Assembly (NCBI RefSeq): GCF_009914755.1
Contig: NC_060926.1
DNA from: the human T2T-CHM13v2.0 reference genome, Homo sapiens
Strand: one strand, 5' to 3'
Length of the DNA stretch: 64,000 nucleotides
Made by a program: the position numbers and the translations under genes
Notes under the pieces: model-generated
Database searches by the model: none
What the model saw: the letters and a program-made list of their open reading frames with translations, nothing else
What the model was told of the DNA's origin: nothing
Shown here: positions 36,403-53,759 of the stretch, in pieces
Numbering within the stretch: position 1 is the first letter of the stretch
How the letters are laid out: each line of letters starts with the position of its first letter

Positions 36403-37649
36403 CATGGGTACTTCTTTCTGCAGAAAAGCCACCTGTTAACAGAGGGCAGAGCCTGAGTTCAGAGGAATGAGCTTTAATGGGGGTATTCATAGCAGCACCA
36501 AGTGTGGGATGGGTGGGGTGGGAGTGTGAAGGGAGGGAAGCGTAATCATTTGGGGTTGATAGTCTTCCTGGAGGGAGGAAAACAACGTGAAATGTAGGAG
36601 TGGGGGAATCATTTTAATAAGGTAAAGGTAGATTATGGGCTAATGGTTTGTGTTCGTGATTCTCGTGGCGCCCAGTGTCCCTTGCATGAGGCCCCTGGTC
36701 ATCTGCCCTGCACCTAGGGAGACAGGTGTGGTACAGAGGCCTCAGCATCTCACTCTCCATAATTCTGTCTCTCTTCTTCACCTCAGGAGGTGTGCAGCTA
36801 GGACACGTTGTGCCTCCTCTTCTCATCTGAATTTTCAATGGGGCAAAGGGCAGTTGGAGAAGATTCCCTCCAGGGATGCTCCCACCTTTCTGGTGGGCAT
36901 AGAAGGGTTTTCTCCACTTCAATGCCAGCCTTTCCCTGTTCCAGCAATGCTTCCTTGACTACAGGCTGGTCTAGAGGTTTACCTGTTATTCCTTTATCCC
37001 AGCTTCTTGCATTTTTGCATGTCATATGCACATTTCCTAACCATCCTCCATGTGAAGAGTTTGGTCTCCCTCATAGGCCATTGAGGGTTTGCAGCTGTCA
37101 TCTGGTACAGGTGTAGCCTCTGGAGTGTGTGGGCAGGCTCTTGTAGAACTGTTTATGGGAGAACCTCCTTTCTGCTGATGGAGTCCTCATGCAGTCCTAG
37201 CTGACAGCCACCAGGATGTGGGGAAATGTCCAACTACGGGAGTCCAGAGATCCTGCTCAGGTTGGGGTGGCCATATTCAAATTTGTCTTGCATTCTGGCA
37301 AAGAGCTATTTCTCCTGGTGTTTCTCAATTCTGCTGGACTTGGTGCCCCCTTTTCAAACAAATATCTTATAGTTCCACCTTTACCTTAATGAAATGAAGT
37401 TATGGATAATATAACTCATGCAGAAATCAATATCATGTCCTATCATATAAAACATAAATATATAAAATAAACATATAAAACATATAAACAAACAAAAAAC
37501 ATATAAAATAAAATAAAAACAATTAATAATAAAATAGTATTGTCAGTATTGTCAATATTCACTGACCAGAGACTACCAGGAACATACCAGCAGTAAAAAA
37601 AGGTAGGTTATTTAGTTTGCTGCAGGGAGGGAGAACACACCCCAGATGA

Positions 37650-38368
<719 letters not shown>

Positions 38369-38463
38369 CTCCCTTTATGACTCATATATTTTGTGTTTTG
38401 CTTGAGAAAGCCTTTCTTTTCCTCAATGGATGGTTTAAACCCATTTTGCATACTTTCTGCTAA

Positions 38464-40014
<1,551 letters not shown>

Positions 40015-40199
40015 TAGATGGAGTTTTAAAAATCAGTTATGAAGTTTTATGAAAATTGTGATTTTGATTAGTATTACACCAAGTTTACGGATAATAATTT
40101 AAGAAAAAGTGATATCTTTATGATACTGAATCGTTCTTTTTTTTTTTGAAGGGTCTAAGAAGGAATCTGTTATTGGAATATAGGTAATATATAGATTTG

Positions 40200-40426
40200 T
40201 GAGACTCTGGTTCTACAAAAAATTTTTTAAAAATTAGCCAGGCATTGTGGCATGCACCTGTAGTCCCAGCTACTGGAGGCTGAAGGGGCTGCTGCTGAGG
40301 TAGGAGGTAGGAGGATTGCTTGGGTGTGGGAGTTTGAGGCTGCAGTGAGCCATCATCGTGCCTCTGCGCTCCAGCCTAGGCAATAAAGCAAGACCCTTTC
40401 TAAAAAAAAAAAAAAAAAAAAAAAAA
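40200..40426 (+). mobile_element. Partial Alu (J-like)
   Basis: Linker plus right arm with long A tail. Confidence 0.8.
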
Positions 40427-40896
40427 ATTCTACACATTCCTTAAGTTTGAATATACCTGCTCTAGGCTGCACCATCGGAGACTACACCCTCTGCTGGTGG
40501 CGGGCGGGGTGGGGGGGTCCCTTTGGGTTTCTGTGCTCACTACCATGCCTTTCCAACCATCCCTTGCTTTCTAGACTTCTCTACTGTGTCACACCTTCTA
40601 ATCCACAATTGGAATCTGACAAACAACCAATGCCAACCTGTGGGCTTTGCTGGTGGGTGAGTGAGGGCTTAGGCAAGTCCCTTGGGCACAGGGAGAATGA
40701 ATGAACCTGAAGTTGGCACCATAGTTTTGCATGTGTCTCCAGGTCCCAGTAGCAGGGGTCACTGTATGTAAGGTTATAACCAGGGTGCCAGCTTTTCACC
40801 AGCTTCCTGGTGTTAGTGCAGGGAAATCGGGGTGGCTTGGCGCCCATGAGGGACCAGTGGGCTGATGGGAGTCACAGGTAGAATCAGAAGTACTAA

Positions 40897-41600
<704 letters not shown>

Positions 41601-41869
41601 AGAAAATATTTTAAAATATTTGCTCAATGGAGCTATGCCTAGTCGAGCTGAATGGATCTGACTTTGTTGTGGCTTCTGCCAGCTTCGTCACAGCAAGTGG
41701 GAGCCTGCCCACACTTTGAGTCTATTGCTTGCTGGGACTAAGGACACATTGAGGCAATTTAGGCCCACCCAATTAGACTGAAGGTTATTTATAAACTCCC
41801 TAGATGGTTATGCATATTAATAATCAAATCTCTAAATAATGGCCAAGGACCTGATCTCTGTTTTTAAAA

Positions 41870-42350
<481 letters not shown>

Positions 42351-43453
42351 ATATATATATATATACAAATTCCAGGAATTTCTTCTGATTCTGCCTGTGA
42401 CTCCCAGCAGCCACTGGCCCCTCGTGGGCCCCAGACTCCCCTCGGGATCAGAGACCAGCAGGTACTTAGCATGCCCGTGAATCTTCTCTAAGTGTTTTCT
42501 TCCTGAAAACCTGAAGCAAAGAATGACTTACCATCTTGGGCAGGTTATTTCCCCTTCTTGGCTTCAGTTTTCCCCACTGAAGATGAGGTTAAATCAGTGT
42601 TTCTAAATCTCTCATCTGTGAAGTGATCCTAAACATCCTAAAACCAACTCAAACATTCTAAAACCAAAACCAAACTCTCAAAGCAATCCAGACAGTATTT
42701 TTTCTTACATGTATTGAAGAACATGTAATAAAATAGAAAGACATATATATATTGTGTGTGTATATTTTTTTACATAATAAACTATCCTTAAGGAACAGTG
42801 ACCCAGGCCTGGAAACATGAGGTTGAGCTTGCTAGGCAGAGATAGGCACTGATTACCAACTGATAGTGGGGTTGATGGTACTGCTCTATGTTAGGTCTCT
42901 TGTCTTGTAATTATTACACTTTTTTTGTCATAAATTGTGCTTTTCATTCTTAATGCAATAAAATGATTTAATCTAATATTTTCACTTTATTATGAGATAA
43001 AACAACATGTAAATAAACTTTGCATCTTGTTGAGCATTTAACTCTCCTATGAGACAATTTTGTCTGCTTAATTGAATCCAAGTGACCTACCAGCATTCTG
43101 TCAAGGCATGATGATGATTTTAACAAAGTGTTCTTGTCAAATTTCTTAAGAAAGCACTGAATTTTAGGATCTCTAACGTTTCTTTTAGGCCAGTGAATTT
43201 ATACTAATATGGATGTAATTCTGGGAAAGAAAAAAGAAGAAAGAGGCAGAGACTTTATCTAGTAGGAATTTAGTTACCTACCAATCAAAGTAAAGTCTGA
43301 GCATGCATGTGTGTGTACCTGTGTGTGCAGTGAGTGAACGAGAAAAACATGCAGGTATGACAAGGCTTAAAGTATTCTGAATAGATAGGCCTGTCCTGGA
43401 GCTTATCAGGAAACGCCTTGTCTAACGAACCTTTTCAGGACTTCTGCCACAGC

Positions 43454-43536
43454 CACACACATACCCAGATACACAGACACATACAGCCAGACACAGACAC
43501 AGACATACACACATGTGCATGCACACACACACACAC
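43454..43536. repeat. Degenerate (CA)n tract
   Basis: Direct read. Confidence 0.85.
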
Positions 43537-43709
43537 TCCTCAGAAATACAACCTCTTTTTAAAGAAATGAAGGCATTTCCAGCCTTGCTTTTTACTTTAC
43601 AGGAGGCCTGGATGAGCTTTCTTGACAATCAGGGCTATTTCCGGTTACATCCGTGGTGCAGTGAAGATGTCTCAGGATTCTGACCAATTAGGTCTTTGGA
43701 TGAGTTAAC

Positions 43710-43915
43710 TTTTTTTTTTTTTTTTTAAAGACAGGGTCTCCTGTCACCCAGGCTGGAGTGCAGGCCTTTGCATGACAGTTAACCTAAAATTTTTTTTTAA
43801 AGAGATGGGGTCTTGCTATGTTGCCCAGGCTGGTCTTGACCTCCTGGCTCAAGTAATCCTCCTTCCATGTTCTCCCAAAGCACTGGGATTATGGGCGTGA
43901 GCCACCATGCCCAGC
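43710..43915 (-). mobile_element. Short Alu 3' fragment plus Alu monomer
   Basis: Reverse Alu pieces separated by a near-duplicate of the flank (ggtctttggatgagttaac / ggcctttgcatgacagttaac). Confidence 0.75.
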
Positions 43916-43951
43916 CCTAAGTTTCAATACTCATACAATCCTCCCTATGAC

Positions 43952-44110
43952 TCAGTAGATCTCAAACTTTAGTGCGTTTATAATTCCTTTGGGGGGCTGG
44001 GTTAAGATACAGAGTCTTGGGCCCCCTGCCTTACGTTTGAACTGTGGCCAAGGGATCTGTGTTTTTACAAGCCCCCATGTGATGCTGATGCAGGAGTTTT
44101 ATGGAGAAAC
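43952..44110. mobile_element. MER5-like hAT fossil
   Basis: cagtagatctcaaactttag...acaagcccccatgtgatgctgatgcag. Confidence 0.6.
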
Positions 44111-44399
44111 ATACCATCAAACTGTCTCAGAAATTCCATTAATTACTGAGAGGATCAAGGCACCAAGTATTATAGTAAAAGTATCCAAGAACCATCTAGA
44201 ACACCGCTTTTCTAGGAGTTGCCTCCCTTCTTGTTCTCACAAGCAGAAGGCATTTCTGTTCCTCTGCTTTAGATGACAAAGCTAAATGGGTGCACCTGTA
44301 ACTTGCTTATAAGGTACTATAATTTCCAGCCTCTTTGACTCACTGAGATGATCCTAGTGGAGTTTGGTTTTTGTAGTTTCTGGAATTGCAACAATAATC

Positions 44400-45112
44400 T
44401 AGCTTCTTAAAACTTTTAAAACTTTACATGATGCACAGAAACAAATACATTTTATTACTTGATCCAGTATACACATATGCAAACACACACATTTATTGAA
44501 AAAAGTTTCTCCACAAAACTTTTGTTATTACATTTTCCATTCTATTCTGTTCTCTACCAGTTAATTCTTAAAAATCAATGCTGGTCATGACACACTTGAA
44601 TGATTTCATGACCCACTGATCTAGTTATCTATTGCTGCATAACAAATCATTCCAACATGATGACCTAAAGCAACAGTAATTATTTCAGTATCTTTCATGG
44701 TTTCTTTGGGGCAGCAATTTGGGAAGGGCTCAGTAGGGCCGTTCTGATTTAGGTGTCTCATGTGACTGTGGTCAGTAGCTGGGGCTGGAAGTGACAGACT
44801 GAATTAGCTATCTCTCTCTCCAGGTAGCATCCCCGTGTGGTCTCAGTGTGGGCTTCCTTGTGCATGGCAGCCTCAGGGCAGTTGAACTGATTAAGGTGCC
44901 TCAGAGCTCCAAGTGGAAGTCATATAGCATCATTTTCTCCAGAATCACAAGCCCACTCCAATGCAGCGAAGGGAACATAGACTCTACTTCATAATGGGTG
45001 GAGTGTCAAAGTCCCATTGTAAGAACAGCAGGTGGGATGGGACATACGAGTCACCTTTGGAAAATGAATTAGCCACATCGAGAGCACCACTGCAATTTGA
45101 AAAGTACTCCTC
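44400..45112. mobile_element. hAT-Charlie fossil (MER112-like) split by an MLT1 LTR (~44620-45076, minus)
   Basis: aatgctggtcatgacacac...gatttcatgacccactgat resumes as ctgcaatttgaaaagtact after the MLT1-like gttatctattgctgcataacaaatca...ccaca. Confidence 0.55.
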
Positions 45113-45509
45113 TAGAGGGCACTGTTGTCATGTGACGCTGGATCCATTTGACTGGGGAATGGGGTGGAGTGATGGGAAGTGTGTTGGGGAGACAGAATAA
45201 GGAATTTGGGTGTTGGCAAAGGGGCGGCTTATCCTTTTTGAATTGATCATTCCTTCTGTTGCATAGAACTTGTGATGGCAGTGATGGGGGGGTGTGGCCA
45301 TGTGGATGTCCTAAGGGAGGGGAACCCAGCAAAGGAGAAGGGGGGCTAGTGACCAGCTTGCAGGGCTTTAAGCCTCTGTGCATTCTCCCCAGTGCCTAGC
45401 AGAAGTCCTTGCCCATGGATCAATTTGACAGCTAAGAATAAAGTGTCCATGGGTCACCAGGCAGAAGTCTGAGCTTTGGGAAGGATAGCACCAAGCCTAG
45501 CACCCTCAC

Positions 45510-46620
45510 AGTACCCACAATTTCCACCAAAGCATGGCTGGCTCCATACTTCTGGTGCTTGGGTGCTGGCAATGATGACTTGGAAGACTGATGCAGATGT
45601 ATGAGTGGATGTGATTGTCCAGGAAGAGTGATAAATAAGGAGAAAGGGGCCAAGGAAAGAAAACTGGGGCTTCCACATTTAAAGAGAAAAAGAGGTGGCA
45701 GAGGAGGCTGGGAAGGCACGGTCAGAGATGCAGGAGCAAACCCAGTGAGATGGTGGCATGGGCTGGGATGATTTCTAGGAGGCAGTGGCCCTCAGGGTCA
45801 AGTGCAGCTGCAAAATCAAGAAAAAAGGGAACCATCAGATGTGGCAATGAGGAGGTCCCTGGTGACTTTTATGATGCCATTTGCAGGAAACCAGGTAGGC
45901 AGGGCATTTAGGGAGTGCAGTAGAGATGGGAGGGAGGAGTGAAGGGCTATAACTTGAGAAGAGGGAAGGGTCATGAGGTTTTTGTTTTTTAAATCTTGGG
46001 TGAGACTAAGCTGGCACATAGGCAAGGGAAAGGAGATGGAATGAGAAACCAAAGACTAAAAGGGAATAACTGGGCTGGGCGTGGTGGCTCATGCCTGTAA
46101 TCCCAGTACTTCAGGAGGCCAAAGCCGGCGGATCACTTGAGACCAGGAGTTTGAGACCAGCCTGGCCAACATGGCGAAAGCCCATCTCTACTAAACATAC
46201 AAAAATTAGCTGGGTGTGGTGGCGCATGCCTGTAATCCCAGCTACTCGGAAGCTGAGGCATGACAATTGCTTGAACACAGGAGGCTGAATTGCTTGAATA
46301 CAGGAGATCGCACCACTACACTCCAGCCTGGGAGACAGAGTGAGACTCCGTCTCAAAAAAAAAAAAAAAAAAAAAAAAGCGAACAAAAAAAGAGGAATAA
46401 CTGATACGGCCTGGTGTGAGGCATGGGGTCCAGCATCCAGATGGAGGGGTCAGCCTTAGAGGGGTAAGGTGGGTGTTCCTTCTGAGAGAGATGGGAACTA
46501 ATAAAACCAGGAAGAGATGAAGATTTAGGGAGAGGGGGTGGTCTGCTGAGCTAGTTCAAGTGAGCAGTGAGGATTGGGTAGATGGCTTGAGAAGAGTTTG
46601 TTAGAGATGAGTGAAAAGCC
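45510..46620 (-). mobile_element. L2 fragments containing an Alu (~46073-46379, +)
   Basis: Purine-rich L2-like phrases (tggcaatgaggaggtccctggtgacttt); Alu TSD GGAATAACTG. Confidence 0.65.
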
Positions 46621-47084
46621 TGTTTAGCATCAACTCACACATATCTAGTACCTACTCTGTGTCACATGTTTTCACAAAAATGATTTTATCCTTACAACAG
46701 TATGTGAAACAGAAAACATCCTTATTTGCAGGCTCCAACCTCTTCCTTGTTGAGTGAGTTCCTTGCTTACCTGAGCATAAGAATGTGCTTGTGAGGAAAA
46801 GGAAGGTAAGGAATCCAGGTCAGTCCTGAAGCTCAGAGCAGCCTGGCATCGCCTAGCCCAGGGACCCTTGATGAGGCTGGTTGCCTACTTGAAACAAGGG
46901 AAAGCAACCATGATTCTGTTTTGAGTCTGGGAAGAGGGGCTAGCATGGGGGAATGGGTCCCTCTGACCTTTGCCCAAGGTCTAGTCAAAGGGAGGAGGGG
47001 GAGGTGGTGAACTCTGCCTTCAGGAATACACGTGGAGTGGGGTGCAGTGCAAATAGCAGGGCCCTACCATCCATGTCTTTCTAG

Positions 47085-47504
<420 letters not shown>

Positions 47505-48920
47505 CCTCCTATTATTATTATCATCATCATCATTTCATTTACTATCTCAGAGAAAGTCAGGAACTCCTGACTCAAGATCAGGACTTTAAGAATGTGGTAA
47601 GATTTTGGAATCTTTGTAACTAACACAGACCCATTTTATCACTTTTTATGTCCCCTATGACCTTATAGTAATTAGCAGTCAAATCCTTAAAACTGAGATG
47701 CCTGGGTACTTTATTTTTTGAGAAGTAACAGAAAAAGGGAGCCGGGAAGACTGTCTTACTTCACTGCTTGGACTGGAGTGAGGAGAATCCAGAAGTCAGA
47801 GTGGCTGCAGCTGAGATGGAGAAGAACTTGCTGCTTAGAGGAAGGGGACTGTAAGTAGCCAAGATGGGTCTTGGGGTACAGCTGAAAGGAAGGCATTTGG
47901 AGGGACCTGGGTGATGCCAGCCACAGCCAAATCATTTCCAGAGGGAGGGCTTCCTTGCCACTTCCCTCCAATGTGCCACTTCTACTGCCTAGAGCCTGGA
48001 TGACCACGGGGTCCTGTGCCTCCTTGTCTCTCTGTGCTCATCTTGCCTGTGTCACTCATCAGTCAGAAGTGCCTTCAGGGTGGGGACAGGAACTTGTTCA
48101 CTGTTGAATCTCCAGTGCTTACTGCTCAGTGCCTTCCCTGTGGCCAATCCTCTGTAGATGTGATTCATTGACTGCCTGCATGTCTGAATGAGTGAATAAA
48201 TGAATGAATGACTAATCATTGAATAACAGAATAAAGCAAATTCAAGAACCTTGTCTCAGCCTGTTTTGAGTCTATTGAAGTGTTGCCCAAGTGTCAGTTA
48301 GGGTCACCTAATTCCTTAAGAATTAGATAAACTTCCTTTGAGCCATCTATTTCACAAATGGGAAATCCAGAGGTCTCCCTAACATTTCTGTGGGTTCTTA
48401 GGGCTGTGGGCTAGGGTGTGGATGGAGAAATAGTGGGAGAGAGGCTTATGGTTTCCACTGGTTCTAAACTTCTGCTTCCTCAGTTTAAAGACTGTCTCCA
48501 TCCAACTCTGCCTTCTCCTATGTGTGCAGTACAATCTCTTCCTTTTTCCACATGATCCACACTCCCGCCAAACAAGGCAAGTTGTGTGTGGATCAGACTT
48601 CACTGTGGTACTAGGGGTTGGGGCAGAGGAGGAGTTTACATCATGACAACGCAGCAGTTCCAAATTAAATGTATTCTTACAATCCTTTGACATCCCACCA
48701 CTAGAGATGTCTTGTTGGTTGTTTTATTACAGTGGACTCCAATCTTAAGCCATCTTATGATCTTCTCTTTACTTGTTTGCCCTCCTCTTTTTCTTCTTCT
48801 CATCGCTTCCACTCCAGGTTGCTTTCAGGACCTTCAAAATCTCTTTGTATTTTAAAGACCAATTTACCCCACCAAGAGCATCCCTGATAATAAAATAACT
48901 AACAACTGCAGAGTACTTAC

Positions 48921-49249
<329 letters not shown>

Positions 49250-49927
49250 TAATACATATGCATAGAGATGTACAAGTGTATGTGTGCACGTGGGTGGTGG
49301 TGTGAGAGAGGTTTAGATGGCATCCTTCATCTGGCCCAGGACCACCAAGGTAAGATCCAACCCAGCTCTCCCTTGTCTTCCTGCTATGGGGGCAATGAAC
49401 AGGAGCCTGCAGGTCCCCTGGCTGTAAGAAGTACCCAACTCTAGGGCCAAGGAATGAGAGTAAGAAGCAGAGGGCCACTCTGTGATTTCTCCTTTGCTTC
49501 ACCAATGGGCCTCTGCTTTAAGTGCAAAAGCGGTTAAAGGTGCTTGAGGCTTAATGTGTCTCATTAAGGGCTTGGGCTGGCGATGGCTGCCTCTCTCTGC
49601 TGAAGGCTGTGACTCCCTTTAAACAGCTCGCTCCCATGGCCATGGGTCTCTCTGTGTGTCCACTCCCTCCCTTGCCCCTCAGGTCTAGAGATAGCAACAG
49701 CTCCCCACTGTTGCTAGTTTCAGGATAAATCACAGGATTGTTGCCCTTAATCTGGTTCCCACCATGCGACTGATCTCTTTATTAAACTCTCTTCAATCAT
49801 GCTAAGTGTGTCCTCATTTCAGTTCAGACTCTTCCTTTGAGTCCTTTGTGCCCTAGTCCTAGTTTTAAGAGTCTTGGCTACCTGTAGGAGACCTTAAGGG
49901 TCCCTCAGGTGTTGCTGGGTTCTCTAA

Positions 49928-50210
<283 letters not shown>

Positions 50211-50804
50211 CTAGGTTTTGTAAGCAATTATGCAACCTTCACCCTTTCCCCCTAGAGGCTCTAAAACTCTGCCATTAGAGAGTCCTTCTCAAGCAAACCA
50301 GGGATATGCTCTGGTATGAAAAGGTGGTGGGTTTTCCAGTTTGTTCTGAGGGCCCAAGCCCCTTTAGAACAAGAATCAAAACAATGCCTGGGACCTGCCC
50401 TGTTATCCAACCCTATGCTCTCTCTTCCTGGTGGAGGCTCCAGAATTTCTGGATCACTGGATTTAGGGGATGCAATCCAGCTGGAAGAGAGTGGAACAGA
50501 GTTAGGGAACTTGTCTTGAAGCTGCAATTGCAGGGTTTTGCACCGAGTGTTTTAGGAGGTGGCTTGTGTGGGGTGGTGGTGAGGGGGTGCTGATGAGATT
50601 TTAGAGGAAGGTTTTGAGCCTGGGCACTGCTACTGGCTTCCCCTTTTGTTAGAACCTGGCCATGCCTCTGAACATGGCTTCTCTTCTCTCTGTGGACTGA
50701 CAGCACCTGAGGGAGGGCAGGGAACAACCAGGGAGGCCCCAGCATGGGAACAGAGAAGAGAGACAGGCAGCCCTGCCTGTACCAGGGACCTCTTGAAGAC
50801 TGTG

Positions 50805-51426
50805 TGGATGGTCCCTGACTTAGGATTGTTTGATTTAGGATTTTTTGACTTTAGATGGTACAAAAGTGATACACATTCAGCAGAAACTGTACTTTGAGTT
50901 TTTGGAATTGGGCTACATTTGTTGATATTGTTTTTTCTATTTCAATTAAGTCTAATAGAAGAGATGTTATATTTTGGTTGCAGTGAGGTTTGAATATGAT
51001 ATCATGTGGTGTATTGTAATGGGAAGAAACCTAATATGTTGAAGAATTTATATGTGTGTGAAGGGGATTCAAGTTTGAGATTATTAGTCATAAGATTAAG
51101 TTCCACTGCTACTGTAAATCCTAGAATGCTTATGCCAAGGGCTTTAAGTTTTAGTTTAGTTTAACACAACCATTCTGTTTTCCAACTTCAGTATAGTATT
51201 CAATAAATTACATGAGATATTTAACACTATTATAAAATAAGCTTTGTGTTCAATGATTTGCTCAACTGTAGAGTAATGTAAGTGTTCTGAGGACTTTTAA
51301 GGTAGACTAGGCTAAGCTCTGATGTTCAGTAGGTTAGGCATATTCAATGCATTTTGGATTTTTAGTACTTTCAACTTATGGTGGGTTTATCAGGATGTAA
51401 CCCCATTGTAAATCAAGGTGCATCTA
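50805..51426. mobile_element. MER47A/Tigger5-like TcMar-Tigger element split by a non-transposon insert
   Basis: Inverted-repeat-like ends tggatggtccctgacttagg and gtaaatcaaggtgcatcta followed by TA; body resumes at acaaccattctgtttt (51166). Confidence 0.75.
50900..51164 (-). pseudogene. NUMT: degenerate fragment of the mitochondrial ND5 3' region
   Basis: Minus strand from 51154 in the mito code reads LKLKALGMSILGFTVAVELNLMTNNLKLESPSHTYKFFNMLGFFP, then after two frameshifts QNMTSLLLDLIEMEKTMSTNVAQFQ. This aligns with recalled human ND5 [45 protein letters not shown]...[25 protein letters not shown]. Confidence 0.85.
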
Positions 51427-51566
51427 TATGTGAAAGAAAGTTAGTAGAGAGCCCTGTTCATCTACCAAGTCCTGCAGTGAGGACCAGGGGTGGGGTTGGG
51501 AGTGGTGCTCTGCAGGGAGCAGGAAATCACCCTCTCCAGTTACCTGGGGGCAGGGGAGCTGGGGAT

Positions 51567-52066
51567 GAAGTCTGTATTGCTGCTATAATAAATTACTGTA
51601 AATTTAGTAGTTTAAAACAACACAAATTTATTATCTTACAGTTCTGAAGATCAGAAGTCTAAAATCAATCTCACTGGGCTAATGTCAAGGGACAAAAGGG
51701 CTGATTCCTTCTGGAGGCTCTAGGGGATCTTTTTCCTTGTTTTTACAGCTGCTGGAGGCCACCTGCATTCCTTGGCCCATGCTCCCTTCCTCCATTGTCA
51801 AAGCCAGCAAAGGTAGCATCTGTCAATCTGACTTCTGCTTCCATAATCACATGTTCTTCTATGACTCTGACCTTCCTGCCTTTGTCTTATAAAGAACCTT
51901 ATGATTATTTTGGGCCCACCCAGATAATCCAGGATAACCTCCCCATCTCAAAATCCTTAATTTATTCACGTCCACAAAGTCCCTTTTACCAGGTACGATA
52001 ACATATTCACAGGTTCTGAGGATTAGGACATGGACATTTTTGGAAAGTCTTATTCTGCCTACCACA
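51567..52066 (-). mobile_element. MaLR LTR (MLT1D/E-like)
   Basis: attgctgctataataaattac...aaacaacacaaatttattatcttacagttctg...ttattctgcctaccaca. Confidence 0.8.
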
Positions 52067-53086
52067 AAGGCCAAATTCAGAAGGTGAAGAGTGTGTGGTT
52101 GGGACACAGGTGTAGGAATTGTTATGTCTATTTGACTAGAACTCCCTCTTCATAAGATTGCCTTGAGTCAAAGAGAGCTGCCAGCCAGAGGACAAAGGAG
52201 TTTAAAGGGTTTTTCCTCTATCAGAAGGAGTCCTTTCTGGGCGGTGGTGCTTTTGCCTCTCTGGTGACCTGGGACGAATGTCAAATGCCACAGCAAAGCT
52301 TGGAAATATTGCCCAGGTGTTACGACTCTCTACATATATGTTCCAAAAAAGTCTTCAGATGACAAATTAAGATTGACTTAGAAAACTCAGTAGTGGTCCT
52401 AAACATCTTAAATAACAGAATTATAATTAAAAATACATCATTTCCTATATTCTACTTTCACCAAATGATATGTACAATCATTTCCTATATCTTTATGTTC
52501 ACCAAAAACATATTCAGAGTAACACCATTTGCATTAGCCCCAAACAGCTTCCCAAATGCCCACCAATGGTAGAATGGATAAACTGACAGAAGACTGGTGT
52601 AATCAATGGAATTCAAAACAGCAGTGAGAACGAACCAACAACTGCATCCAATATGAAAAAATATCAAACAGAATGTTAAGAGATCAGCTTTAAAAAAAAA
52701 AGCACATTTTCTATGATTTATATCAAATCCCAAACCAGGGAAAACCAATCATGGTGTTAGAAGTCAGGGCAGTTACTCTTGATGAGGGGGAAAGGTGGTG
52801 AACAGCTACTGGAGGAAGGTACAAGTGGGCTTCTGGGATGTTAGTAAGGTTCTGTGTTTCTGTTTGCTAGTTTTATGGATGTGTTAGGTTTGCAAAAATT
52901 CATCAAGTTGGACATTTGTGATTTGTGCACTTTGCCATATGAATGCTATACCTCAATATAAAGTTAGAAATATATGTATACTATTTCCAACAGCAACAAA
53001 AACTATGAATCCAGTAATAAGTCTAACAAGCAGATATGCAAAACCTTTATGGAAGACATCAAAGAAGACCTAAAAACATGGAGAAC

Positions 53087-53513
53087 GTGGTAGTTAATTT
53101 AAAGTGTCAACCTGGCTGGGCTATGGTACCCAGTTATTGGCTCAAACAGTGATCTAGATGTTGCTAGGAAGGTATTTTTTCATATTAGGTTAACACTGAA
53201 ATCAGGAGATATTGAGGAAAGCAGATTATTCTCCATACTGTGGGTGGCCTCAGAGAAAAGATGGCCGTCTCTGTGAGAGGAAGGAATTCTGCTTCCAGAC
53301 TACCTCAGGATTCAAGACTGCAACATCAATTTCTGCTGAAATTTCCAGGCTGCTGGCCTGCCCTACAGATTTTGGACTTGCAAGCCCCACAACTGTGTGA
53401 GCCAATTCTTTAAAATCTCTCTCTCTACACCCACACACACACACACGCACACACACACACACACACACACACCCTGTATTGGTTCTGTTTTTCTGGAGAC
53501 TGTAGACTAATAC
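53087..53513 (+). mobile_element. ERVL solo LTR (MLT2-like) with internal (CA)n
   Basis: gtggtagttaatttaaagtgtcaacctggctgggc...attggttctgtttttctggaga...gactaataca. Confidence 0.8.
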
Positions 53514-53759
53514 AGAGAGATATACTATAGTCATAAATGGTAACAATTCTCCCCGAAATTATAAATTTAATGTAATTCAACTAAAACTTTCAGTAGGAGG
53601 TTTCATGAAACTTGGCAAAATTAGTATTAAAAAGGTTAAAGAAGAGCTAAGACAATATTGAAGATGAGTATGATGAGGATATTTGCCCTTAAGTTATGAA
53701 GACATCATAAAACTATAGGAATTAAAACTGTATAACTTTTGCAGAAGGATGAATTCCCA

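Noticed and set aside
36840-37300. Possible ancient LINE or pseudogene fragment
   Set aside because: Could not assign a family or protein match by eye.
48775-48883. Possible minus-strand exon (ttattatcAG ... GTaaag) with an open frame
   Set aside because: No protein similarity recognised and the splice signals are no better than chance.
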